A stretch of DNA of 64,000 nt from NCBI RefSeq assembly GCF_018350175.1, contig NC_058368.1, positions 137,580,001-137,644,000 of the forward strand, written 5' to 3'. The position numbers and the translations under genes are program-made. This stretch comes from Felis catus. Taxonomy: Eukaryota. How positions within the stretch are numbered: position 1 is the first letter of the stretch; the number at the start of each line of letters is the position of its first letter. The notes beneath the pieces were generated by a model that did no database searches, was not told the DNA's origin, and saw only the letters and a program-made list of their open reading frames with translations. Positions 49,936 to 61,945 of this stretch are shown one piece after another.

Positions 49936-51410
49936 AAAAACCTAAACCTCATTTTCGCGTAGCTGTGGATCTTGGCCTCCTTCTAGTCAGTTAATTCGGG
50001 AAGAAAGTCTGAAGGAAGAGGAGGGAATAAAGAAAAACATATGAGGAGTCTGAGATGGCGAATAAAGTTAAGCCGCGAAGTGACTGAAAGGCAATAGAAA
50101 AAGTAGCAAAGTGGAGAAAGATACCAAGGAAGATCACGTGAAATCTCCCGGAGAGATGGACAGTTAGGTCGTCCACGCACACCGACCCTTCTGGGGCAAA
50201 GCAGACTGGGAGTGTGCCTCTGGTTGAATCGCCGGCTTTCCTAGATAATACCCTCCTTTAGGGTCTTTTCAGTTTCTTGCTGTGGTCTCCTTGCAGGGCT
50301 GTGAAAAAGTCACAGGCCTGTAGCCATTGGAGCCAACTCATGTATTTTGGTCCTGAACACCTGCTTGAAAAGTTTCTAACTTGACTGGGATCCATTCTCG
50401 TTGGGAAGAGACTGGCAGAGCAGGAAGATAAAATTTTATTTTACAACTTGACTTCCTTTGTGCAAAGCCCCAACTTGTGCATATGTGAAAATGAATAAGA
50501 AAGGCTCTGGGACAAAATGGTACCTGGATGCAGGCTGTAGCAGGGTCTTGCTCCCGTGGGGTATGGCCGACGGGCTCAAAGGCAGATGTCCAAGTAGATT
50601 CGGTTTGGGGCTCAGAGGTAGTGATTACCTGGAGGGAGGCGCTTTAGAGTAGACGTCAGACTGGGCTTCTCCTGTCTATGGATGATGCTAACTTAAGGGT
50701 AATGAGGCCCACAGAAGGCTCTGGTCATTCCCGTAGAGCCATTTTTACCATTAGGAGGTCCCTCTGGTGGCTGCCGCAAGTAACAACTCATGGTTCGGTT
50801 ATCAATGTTTGGGGCTGTAATAGGGCTTCCTTCCAGAAACACACAAATAAGAGAAATAATATTGCCCTCTGAGAGTTAAACCTAAAAAAAAAAAAAGATC
50901 GGCTCAACACATATTGGACAGAACAGAGATAAGCAAATTTACTGTAGCAGACAGACTGCTTCTCCGGTGTGTAGAGAGCACAGCATGCATCCCGGGAACG
51001 TGTGCCTTTTCCACACTGTTCCCACCTTCGGAATGTCCTTCCTTGTGTCTTCTGGCTACCAAGATGCTACCGCCTTTGGAGTCTCGGTTGAAATGCCACC
51101 TCCCCGTGCCTATTTCTTTCCTGATTCTCCAGGTCAAAATCAAGCACCCCTTTCTCTACATTCCAGAATTAGGTTTTTAACTTTGTTGTCGTTCATACTG
51201 ACTTCTATCTTGGAGTAGAGTTTGTGGTTGCTTGTAAGTCCTCCCTACTACAATATAAATTCCTTGACTGTAAAAGCCAGGCCTTATTCCACACTTTATG
51301 TGTATCATGGGTCCCCAATAAATGCTATTAAATGAAGCTAATAGCCAATCACGAAAAAATCACACATAGATTTCAGTCGAAAGTGCACCATTGTTACTTT
51401 CCCCGGAAGC

Positions 51411-51800
51411 GTGTCCTGGGTTGGGATCTCCAGAAATACCCTTGAGTGGGGGATTCTTAGTTAAGGAAGTACTTACACGGGGAAAGGAGTGAGGAAAGAA
51501 AAAAGGGGTGCAAGGTGGGGGGGACGCTCAGCAAGGATGTGGCCTCAGCTGGAGACGAGAGACAGCCTGATCCCACCAAGTAGTGAAGCAAGAATCGTGC
51601 CACTGGATTGGTCCTCTGTGACGCAGTGAGGCTGGCCTTTTGTACCCCTGTGTCAGCTTGGCTTGGGCTGGGTGTTCCCTTGGGGGTCGGCATATTCCTC
51701 TGGGAGAGAAGGCTCCCATGGGCCAAGGGCAAGTCTCTGGACTGGGGATCAGCTGTGAGCCATCAGCAGCCAACATTCACAGTAGCCACAGGGTGTCAAA
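51411..51800 (-). mobile_element. Ancient ERVL-type LTR (LTR16-like)
   Basis: tgtcctgggttgggatctccagaaatacccttgag...cagcctgatcccac...gagccatcagcagccaaca. Confidence 0.45.
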
Positions 51801-52076
51801 TAACGTAAGAAGAGGATGAGAGATGGGAAACGTTGTCACGGCTCTCTTTGGGAAGAACAGTCTGCTACCTCAGCTTTGGCTGATTAAGAGCTTCCTGAGC
51901 TCCAAAAATGTGAGGTGGGAGTCAGGAAGAGTCCCTCTGGGGTTTCCCAACTTGAAATTTCTAAGTGTGCTGGATTTTGCTCATTTCGTTTCAATTCGGA
52001 AGACAGGCAGCATGATCTGGAGGGCACTTGCTTTAATACGGAAGAGTCTGCTGTAGCCCTTTCCTTGGCAATGAAA

Positions 52077-52103
52077 GCAGCAGCAGCAGCAGCAGCAGCA
52101 GCA
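52077..52103 (+). repeat. (GCA)9 trinucleotide repeat
   Basis: Direct reading. Confidence 0.92.
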
Positions 52104-53003
52104 AACAGAAGCATCTGGAAAGAGTCTCCACAAGGATCTGCAATTGGCCACGGTGGTTTTTAAGGAAGAAGCTACTGAAAGTCAGTTTTCCTAAAATACA
52201 GTCAGTGTCCTCTACTTGCTCAGGGTTTCGGCTCGTAAGTTTTGTTTCCATGTGATCAACACGGCAGCTCTTCAACTCTCCTTGTCCTTTTTCTATATCA
52301 GGGCCCTTCTATTTCAGGTGATAGGCCCAGTCTTTTAGTTTCCCAGTTTCTGAGAAGCTGATTGCCTGTTCTGTGGTTTGGAACCCGAGCTCACAGGTCA
52401 TAAGTCCCTTCCCGCCTGAGTGAACAACTTGTCCTAGTTGGCTCAGGACTTTTCTGGAATTAGCACTGAAAGTCCTGCCTTCTGGGAACCCCCCCAGTCC
52501 AACACAAACCAGGATGGTGGGCCAGCCTTCCCCCTATCTGTGGAAAGGCTGCCCTTGCATCAGATGCCCACCTCCAGAGGAGGAGGGCTAGGTCGTCTGG
52601 TGGCCAGCAGGGCTACTGTCTTCGTGCAGCGTGGGGTAGCTTCCAGGAGGAGAAGGTATGAGTTGGACCGGCGCTGATCAACCTCTCTTGTTAAAACTAT
52701 AACCGAATTAATTACTCATTAGAAGGGCAAGAATCAAGGTATTGTAAATACTTGTGCAGCAGTGTGACATAGTAGAAAGAGCAGTGAAGGGGGAGTCAAA
52801 ATACCTAGTTTCTGCCCCTGATGGCCGTGACACCTCAGAACCAAAGAATTCATGCTTCTGAGCCTTGGTTTCTCCATCTGTAAAGTGAAATCACAAATCG
52901 AGGGCTTGCTTCTTCTTTTACCTTTTGTTTTGTAACTTCATTCTAGAGGATAGAGTTACTCATACTCCTTGAGACATAGTTGGCTATCATCATTACAAGT
53001 TTT

Positions 53004-53140
53004 TCCCCTCCCCTCCCCTCCCCCGCCCCTTCCTCCTCCCTCCCCCTTCCCCCTCCCTTTTCCTCTTCCCTCCCTTGCGCCCTCCTCCCCCACTCCCCTC
53101 CTCCCCGCTCCACCCCCTCTCCTCCCCTCTCCCTGCTTTC
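53004..53140 (+). repeat. Polypyrimidine C-rich low-complexity tract
   Basis: cccctcccctcccctcccccgcc...; almost purine-free on the + strand. Confidence 0.85.
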
Positions 53141-53332
53141 TCCATTCCTATCGCTAATCTCTTTACTCCAAACAGGCAACCACATCAATGTGAAAAATAT
53201 CATTGTAGTTTTAGGAGTATTCTTTTGTGTATGGATCTTTTATTTTCATATGTTATATTGTGCTACGGACTTCATTTTTTTTTTTTTTTCTAACACTTTT
53301 TTACCCAGCACCAGTTAAAAAATATATCCTCA

Positions 53333-53570
53333 GGGGTGCCTGGGTGGCGCAGTCGGTTAAGCGTCCGACTTCAGCCAGGTCACGATCTCGCGGTCCGTGA
53401 GTTCGAGCCCCGCGTGGGGCTCTGGGCTGATGGCTCAGAGCCTGGAGCCTGTTTCCCATTCTGTGTCTCCCTCTCTCTCTGCCCCTCCCCCGTTCATGCT
53501 CTGTCTCTCTCTGTCCCAAAAATAAATAAACGTTGAAAAAAAAAATTAAAAAAAAAATAAAAATAAAAAA
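53333..53570 (+). mobile_element. Young felid SINEC_Fc with TSD aaaaaatatatcctcagg
   Basis: Near-consensus copy with flanking direct repeat. Confidence 0.95.
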
Positions 53571-55131
53571 TATATCCTCAGGATGCTGGGTGTTGGTTTC
53601 CAAATTTTTTTTATAAACATTTTATAAACATTGTTTAGCGTTGCAGAATGTTCTGTTGCCCAGGGTTCCAGCTAACTGGAATCAAATTATTGACGGGCTT
53701 TCTGGAGCAACAGAGGGGAGAAGGCAGTATCTGTAATCACTCCCCACATTGGCCAACTTTGGTCTGCATGAAGGGGACCAAGTGGATTAATATGCAGACA
53801 CATTAATGGGGAATACGAGAAGTGTTGGATGGCAAGAACGGTTATGAGTGCACCTTTGGGCCTCTAACTCTGAATGGTGAGGCCTTCCAGGAACCTGGCC
53901 GGTCTGCAGTCCTAAGAGCTCTCACTGGGGGAGCTCACCTCCTGCATAAGACTGGTGGACATATGGCAGCCGCTTAAGACCTCAGCCAGAGACCCACCTC
54001 GAATAGCGCACGTATCGGCAAGCTCTAACTCCTCTTCCTGGGGCTGAAGAGGACCAGGCCAGCATCCGCATCCCACCGGGAGAGTTCCTGTGGTTATTAG
54101 CGGTTGTTAGCAGAGCAGTGTCTCCCAGGCTGGGCCACTCTCTTGGTGGCATCGAAGCTTAAAGGAGCCATGTGGTGCCTGGGAACAGGCTGCGGGTGGG
54201 GAGCAGCTGTGGGGCTCAGCCCCTCATGTCACTGCCTGCCTACGCGTGGGAGAATGGCTTCCATTTCAGACAGCAGCAATTCACACTGGGTGGCCTCTGC
54301 TTTCCCTCCCACATCAGCGCACAGGAGGATGACCCAGAAGGTTGAGGAGTGCGGAGCTCCCCTTGGAGGAAGCAGACCCTGCTGAGGGGCCTCTTCTCTC
54401 TCCCTGTGTCTGGCTCGACGAGGTCTTCATCTTTATTCAGGCCTCTTAGCGAGCTCTGGGGAGATCCCTCGAAGCCTGACTGGTGAGGCCCGTGAAGTCG
54501 GGGTGGGATGAGGGTCCCTTGAAGTCGGGTGGGGGGGGGGGGAATGAGGGGTGTCCCACCTGACACGCTTCCTCACAGAGGCACATCCTGACCCTCTTCC
54601 AGGCCTTAACTATTTCTGCTCCTTTCAAGATGCAAAACAAAGAAAAGCAACAAGAAAATTAAAAACCAAAAATAAACAAACATATAAGCAGACACACACA
54701 GATAAAAAAGGCCCACTGTTTGCAGCTTCTTTTCTCCACATTTCAGCTGATTCTATGTTGCTATGTGATCTCCTCAAGCTTCCCAGGGGAGGACACCGAG
54801 GCAGCCACAGGATTACGTACACACTCTACCCAAATGACTCCCTTTGTAGTGGGATGACTTAAACTGACCCTGAGAATCAGAGAAGTTTCATCTTGACCTT
54901 CAGCTAATCCTTAGTATCCGGGCAGTGGTTTCAGGGCCTCCTGACTTGGGCCTGGTACTCCAGCCCTACTAGGGACCCAGCTCCTCAAGAACCCAAGGGG
55001 AACACTTAAATGTAGCAAGATAAAATAACTACAACTGACAGTCACTGAGCTACTAGGCTCCGGACTCATTCCATGTCGTCTCACTCAACCCTCGTGCCCT
55101 TCCGAAATAGGTACTATTAGCAGCCTCTTTT

Positions 55132-55225
55132 TTTTTTTTTAACGTTTATTTATTTTTGAGACAGAGAGAGACAGAGCATGAACAGGGGAGGGGCAGAGAG
55201 AGAGGGAGACACAGAATCGGAAACA
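55132..55225 (-). mobile_element. 5'-truncated SINEC_Fc inserted in a MIR, TSD tagcagcctctttt
   Basis: Only the 3' ~95 bp are present; TSD at 55118-55131 and 55226-55239. Confidence 0.88.
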
Positions 55226-55352
55226 TAGCAGCCTCTTTTGTAAATGAGGAAACTGAGCCTCAGAGAATCTAAGCAGCCGCCCCAGCTACACAGCTAGTAA
55301 TTAGTGGACCCAGGATTTGACTGCTCTCAGCCACTGTGCGTATGTAAGCTCA

Positions 55353-55354
<2 letters not shown>

Positions 55355-55398
<44 letters not shown>
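55355..55398 (+). repeat. (CA)n microsatellite
   Basis: Direct reading. Confidence 0.92.
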
Positions 55399-55400
<2 letters not shown>

Positions 55401-55559
55401 TGATGCACACCTGTGCCTTTTAGTTTATACACTGTAATCATTTTAATAACATTCACAGAATCATAGATTGTTGGAAACGGAAGTCACTAGAGATGGCCTG
55501 ATTTATGCACATGCACACACACACACACAGAGAAATGAGAGGGAAGGAATGAAGGTACA

Positions 55560-55773
55560 AAGGAAGGACGAAAGAAGGAAGGAGGAAAGAAGGAAGAAGG
55601 AAGGAAAGAAGAAAGGAAGGAAAGAAGGAAGGAAGAAGGAAGAAAGAAGGAAAGAAGAAAGGAAGGAGGAAAGAAGAAGGAAGGAAGGAAGGCAGGAAGG
55701 GAGGGAGGGAGGGAGGGAGGGAGGAAGGAAGGAAGGAAGGAAGGAAGGAAGGAAGGAAGGAAGGAAGGAAGAA
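55560..55773 (+). repeat. (GGAA)n/(GGGA)n purine-rich compound microsatellite
   Basis: About 210 bp of nearly pure purines. Confidence 0.92.
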
Positions 55774-55794
55774 ACTGGGGACTTACTTTAGAAA

Positions 55795-55972
55795 AATAGT
55801 TCTCAATTGAGTAGCATCAGAATCACCTGTTACGACACACATCTCAGGACCACAAACCCAGAGCGTCTAATTGAGTAGGTTTGGGACGCGACCCGAAATT
55901 TGCATTTCTGACAAGGTCCCAGATGATGCTGATGAGGCTGGTCCTGCGCCCACACTGTGAGAACCATGGCCT
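55795..55972 (+). mobile_element. MER5A-like hAT MITE
   Basis: gttctcaa...gcatcagaatcacctg...aatttgcatttctgacaaggtcccagatgatgctgatg...tgagaacca. Confidence 0.8.
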
Positions 55973-56141
55973 GAGGGTAAATTGTACACGTTAAGGACCA
56001 TAAGACCCACTGCAAATGTTACCTAAACCTACTTAGCAATTAATGCCAACGAAGCCTGGGAAAACATATCCCCAGGAGAGTCATTCTCATCTGATCACTT
56101 GTTCTTAAATGCTCTCTTGACTCCCAGCAGCAGAACCAGAA

Positions 56142-56345
56142 TGTGGTAGGCAGGATTCTAAAAATGCCCTTCCTGCTCCCACAAGAGATTCCATACCCTT
56201 TATCCCCCTGAACCTGTGAATGGGATATCATTCCTGTGACTACATTATGTTATATGACACAGTTGATGCAAAAAGGGATTATCCAGGTGAGTGTAATCTA
56301 ATTACACGGCTCCCTTAAGAGCCCAGAACTTCTTATGGCTGTAAA
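56142..56345 (+). mobile_element. MaLR (MLT1) LTR 5' fragment
   Basis: tgtggtaggcaggattctaaaaatgccc...aacctgtgaatgggatatc...gggattatccaggtgagtgtaatctaattacac. Confidence 0.7.
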
Positions 56346-57149
56346 CACAAGTACCTAAATTTCCAAATTTGGAAGGGAGCTACTGCCTGGTGCAGACCTA
56401 CCCCATTCAGAAGATCCTCAGGCCTTGAGCTCTGCCCCTAGGGGGGCCCACCTTATTGCCTGCTGGAAATGTCGGTGGCTGTGACTTACATTCTAGCACC
56501 ACCAAGGTAACATTCAGTTCAGTCGAAAAAAGAAATGTAAAGGTTGTCGGAGAGAACATCCCAAGAACCGCCTGTCTCAGTGACCCTCAGCAGACCCAGC
56601 CTGGCTCAGGAACACAGAGGGATCGCTCGTCAGCAGGCGCGTGCCCTTCATGGAAGAGCGGTTTAAAAACAGTTTAGGAAAACAGATTGCCCTCCTGCCC
56701 TGCTGGTTGGTCAGATAACACCCTTTCCTGTGGCTGAGATTAATCACCTGTAAAACTGAGGCAGTGCCCCTCACATGGGTATTAGGAAACTCAAGCAAGA
56801 GGCTGGGATGAATGCTCAGAGTCCATACGACAGCGATCCTCACCGCCCCCCCCCTCCATATTTGGTGATTCTTAAAGTAAAATACACAGGGACAATTTTG
56901 ATTTTCTGCATGACTACTATATAGCTATGATTCAACCACCATGGTTTTTTTTTTTTTTAATTGTAAAAGAGGACTATAAACTGCGGTCACAGACATAATT
57001 CAAGTAAATGAAACAAGTTGGCTAGTAGATAATTCTTAATATTGAGATTTCCTTCAAATATCCACCTCCAACTGATTTATAGACACCTGACATTTATTTA
57101 AGTGCAGAGTCCTCTCTCTCAAGGGTGAGGTTCCAGGCATTTGATATCT

Positions 57150-57189
<40 letters not shown>

Positions 57190-57674
57190 CTCCACAAAGC
57201 AGTTTCCTTCCCACCACAATGTGCTGAAATCAAATGTTTTGGTAACAAATGCATGACCATGCTTAGTTTCACTTCCCACAAGAGTTCTCTGATAACTCTG
57301 TTTTTGTGGTTTCAGTGCCACTTTTCATTGATCTCTTTGAACTATAATCATTTCAAAATTACAATTTTTAACTAAGACTGTGGGTTGGTGGTTAAAAACA
57401 GGAAGTTTGATGGGTAAGCCTGACAAGCAGTGAAAATGTGCAAGAAACTCAGGACAATTCAGAACTTGATGTTACTGAGAGCTGTGACAGTGTAACCCCC
57501 ATGAGTCCCCCCGAGAACTTGTCTGTAAAGAAGGATGAGGTTACTAACCGACCATAAACAACTACAAATGCGGTTGATCTAAAATCTTGAAACCCACTTG
57601 GGTGTCCATGTGGACAGAGGTTCAAGAAGTATCACAGACTAAACGGTAAAAAAGTCAGTATCTCTCTATGGAAG

Positions 57675-58204
57675 ATTGTATTTCCAGAGGATGGCAATAT
57701 TATCTCCTATTCCACATGCACTGTGTCCTTGACACTCTTCCCATAGAGAGGAAGAATCTAATTCCATTCCTTTTGTATCTGGCTTGGCTTAGTGGTCTGC
57801 TTGAGCAACAGAATGAAACGGAAGTGATATTCTGAGACTTCCAAGCTAGGTCGTAAGATCCTTGCAGCTTCCACCTGGGACCCATGGAATGCTCACTCTT
57901 AGGACACTCCCTCTTGAGAGCCAGGCACCGTGCTGGAAAAAATCACATGGAAAGACCACAGGTAGGAGCTCTGGTGAACAACCTTGCTGAGCTCCTAACA
58001 ACAGCCAGCAGAACTCCCAGCCGTGTGAGTGAACCATCTTGGATGTTGAGCTCAGTCTGTAAGTCTTGGGCTGACAGATGGCTGCATTCCTAGCAGACTG
58101 CCCAGCAAAACTCAGTCAGCCTACGGAATTGTGTTTCAAGCCACAATGTTTGGGGGTGGCTTGTTATATAGATCACTGTTTGCTATACACAGATAACTGG
58201 AACA
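57675..58204 (+). mobile_element. MaLR (MLT1) solo LTR
   Basis: cttgacactcttcccatagagagg...tgagacttccaagctaggtcgtaaga...tttcaagccacaatgtttgggggtggcttgtta...agataactggaaca. Confidence 0.78.
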
Positions 58205-59129
58205 CCCAGCCACTTCTCTTTCCCAATTTATTGTGTATCCTTCCAGTGATATTTTAAGCACATACATTCAGTGACAAGCATATACCACTTTCTCCTTGCA
58301 AATGGTAGCATAGTAAACATACTATACAACAGTATACAACACATCTTAAAGATCATCTCATACCTGTTCTTATAGACCTGCTCGCTCTTTTGTGGGGAGG
58401 GGGACGGGTGGGGAGGGGCAGAGAGAGAGGGAGAGAGAGAATCCCAAGCAGGCTGTGCACTGACAGTGCAGACATTCATTGTCTATTCTGCTAAGACACT
58501 CTTTCGTGTAAAATATATATGTAGGTTACATTACTAGAAGAAAATACTTGCATCTTCTTGAATTCAACTGTATGTGCATTTTCAATTGTAATAGATATTG
58601 CCAAATCACTCTGTTCCAAAAAAAAAGACGTTGTACCGAGTTAGGTTCTCACAATTTAAAGTTGTCGGTTTTCCCACACTCTTGCCACAACAGTGCCTCT
58701 ACCAAAGTTTAAATGTTTTTTTTTTACCCTGGATTCTTATTCAGGTTATGGATTTTATTACTGTGGCAAAAAATGAGCTTAATCCTTGATCTCAATTTCA
58801 TATCTTGATATATCTTGTTGGAGAAATGCTCAGCTGTAACCGTAACAAGCAGTCCTTTTCGTCAGAATATTAAAAATAAACTGTATGGATTTGGGAAAGA
58901 CGGTATGAGCTGCTAGGTAAAAAAAAGAGCCGAAGATTAACGTGATTCCATTTCTATAAAATCATAAACCACAACCAAACGAGCAAATAAAACACTACCT
59001 GAAATTTCCTGCAAGGTCAGTGTCATGACTGCCTCAGAAGAAGGTGGGTCTGCTCTATAGATGTGGCTGAAAAAAGTTTAGGTCGAAAGAGTTAGCCAAA
59101 CCAAAAAGAGTGCTTTTATCAAAAGATAC

Positions 59130-60268
59130 TTTTTTTTTTTTTTGAAGGAGGCTTCATACCCAGCATGAAGCCCAACTTGGGGCTGGCACTCACAACCCTG
59201 AAATCAAGACCTGAGCTGAGATCAAGAGTTGGAAGCTTAACCAACTGAGCCACTCAGGGGCCGCAAAAGATACATTTTAATGTGCCAAAAAGCCATATTT
59301 GAATAATTAGTGAAAGACTGAGATCAACTTTTAATGTTCTGACACAAGCATAGATGTCGATGATGTACCGAGTCTTTATTCTACATAGAGTCATGGATCT
59401 GGGTTGATCTCCCAAACAACTAATTTGCTAAATGGCAGATGCACTAACCTGAGCTGTTTCTTGGAAGTATGTAGTTTTAGTTGATTAGCTTTCCTTTGTC
59501 GTTGTAACTGCATCTTCAAAAAAAATTTTTTTTAATATTTATTTTTGAGACAGAGAGAGACAAAGCATGTGCGGGGTGGGGGGTAGAGAAGAGAGAGGGA
59601 GACATAGAATCCGAAGCAGGCTCCAGGCTCCGAGCTGTCAGCACGGAGCCTGATGTGGGACTCTAACTCACGAACTGCGAGATCATGACCTGAGCGGAAG
59701 TTGGACACTCAACCGACTGAGCCACCCAGGTACCCCTTTTTACTTTTTTTTTTTGTTTTTTTAGTTGTAACTGCGTCTTAAAGAGAGTCATTTTGCCTCT
59801 GGTTCGTTCAAGCCCACAGCTGCTGCAAGTAGAGAGCAAGGCGAAGAGTGAGGGTAACCCATAGGGGGACAGCTTGGGTTTATAATGTTGTCTGTGAGGA
59901 CATGTCCCAGGTACTCGGATAATAACTGACACAGAAATTTTCGATAAGATGGGATCCTGGGCGGGGGGGGGGGGGGGGGGGGGCGGCACCTGGGTGACTC
60001 AATTGGTTAAGCATCCGACTCCTGATTTCGGCTCAGGTCATGATCTCATGCTTGGGGGACAGAGCCCCAAGTCAGGCTCTGCACTAAGCATGGAGCCCGC
60101 TCAAGATTCTCTCCCTCTCCCTCTGCTCCTCTCCACTGCTTGTGCATTCTCTCCATCTCTCTTTCTGTCAAAAAAAAAAAAAAAAAAACTAAAATAAAAA
60201 TTTAAAAAAAAAGACCTGAGCTGAGATCAAGAGTCAGTTGCCTAACCAACTGAGCCACCCAGGCACCC
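59130..60268. mobile_element. CanSINE cluster (59130-59263 -, 59526-59736 -, 59983-60210 +, 60213-60268 - fragment)
   Basis: SINE heads and tails read directly; TSD caaaagatac for the first copy. Confidence 0.85.
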
Positions 60269-60379
60269 TCAAGAATTCACATTTCTAACAAGCTGCTAGA
60301 TGCTGGTGATCTGGAGATCATGCTTTGAGAACCACTGCTTTATGAGTCATTCTTATTTTTAGTCATTGAATAAGAAATA

Positions 60380-60575
60380 TCCTACAAAGGGTCAAATTTT
60401 GTACAAAATGGAATGAATGAATTGCTCACCTTAATGACAAAAGGCTCACAAAGTTGGCTTAGTCACCAAGTATTTGTCAAGTTTCAATGGTAAATATTCT
60501 TGAACAGCTGCAAGGTGGAAGTTGGATGTTTTCATTGCACATAATGTCACTGCAATGAAAATCGAATTTTAAAAT
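60380..60575 (+). mobile_element. Probable degenerate hAT-Charlie transposase fragment
   Basis: Frameshifted translation KGQIL / RLTKLA*SPSI...QLQG / LDVFIAHNVTAMKIEF* resembles the Charlie/ZBED5-type series RGxxL..WLxKLAYLxDIF..LNxxLQG..F.AHxKxxAF..KLEFW. Confidence 0.45.
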
Positions 60576-61437
60576 TGAAGGGAGAGACTTCCTTGATCAC
60601 AGAGACTGTAAGATCTTTTCTCCTGTGTCAGAACCGTGTACCACTTCCCTAGAGTGTGCTGAAAACGGATCCATTATGTTCAGAGGCAACAAGGGGTGGT
60701 TAGCAGGAATTTTGAGGAAACGAGGCATCGTTTGCTACTTCAGTTGAGGTTACCATGGTGTCTCCAAAAAGAGTAAGAGGCCACAGCTGCTTCTGCTAAC
60801 AAGGATGGCTCAGAATGACTTGGGGGCTCAAGATTATCAACTTCATCTGAGTTTCCATGGGTGTCCTCCTTCTAAATCTCAGGAGCCCAATCCTTCACAA
60901 GCCCCTGACCTTGCATAGGACATACTTGATGAGGCTTCAAATTAAACTTTTGTCGTAATTATGTAACCTGCATATTTGAGTTGTGTGTTTGATTATTAGG
61001 GAGGTCAGCCCTGCAGGTACTAGAAAAAAAAAAAAGACATTCTTTTAGGGCCACCGTAGAAGCTCTTTGGTTTCCTGACCATTACTTGAGCTGAGAGTTT
61101 AAAGCCTTGAGCTTGTTAATGTTCTTTTTAACTATTCTAGGGCACTCCAATGCAGCCACCCTACTCCCACAGACCTCATAGTCCATTGTTGCTACCACCG
61201 TGGTTAAATGTAGCAGCCACTTGGTCGTTACGTCACTTTCTTCACCAGGAACTTCCTCACAGCCTACTACAAGTGATGCTTTGATTAGTTTTGATATTAC
61301 TGCATGCCATAGGTTACTAACATCCCATTCTTCATTGACAAGGAGCTCAGTACTATCTTTGAGGCCAAGAAATGACCAAACCAACCCCATAATCCCATTT
61401 TTGTAGGTCTGTTTCCTAACCCCACTGTTAATATTAT

Positions 61438-61912
61438 GTATCAGTCAGGATCCAGTTAGGGGAACAGAAACTTTACCAGCTATTTTAATAGAAAGATTTA
61501 ATATAGGAAATTAAACAGATATTGGGGGACTGAAAAAGCACAAAGTGAGCACTGAGGTAACTCAGGTAGTAGCAGGTTGGGGGGCAAAAGGAAGAGGCTG
61601 GAAGAGGCAGAAGCTTGGAGAAGAGACCCCATGGAATCGGGACCCAGCTTTCTGAGTAGAAAATGGCACTTAGCTAGTGCTGGCATCTGAGGATCTTGGG
61701 CCAAGAACCTCTGGAGAGGTTCACATGTGTGCTCATATCCAGGATTGTGAGCACATGGAGATTTGGAGGGAGAGAGCGTGGAAGCTCCGCCCTTTCCCCA
61801 TACCATCTGCCTGTTCCTGTGTTATATCCTTTCATAATAAACCAGTGATCTAGTAAACAAAACCAACAACCAAAAACCTCTGGGGAGGAAGCACTGTCTG
61901 GCTGGTGCTGGT

Positions 61913-61945
<33 letters not shown>

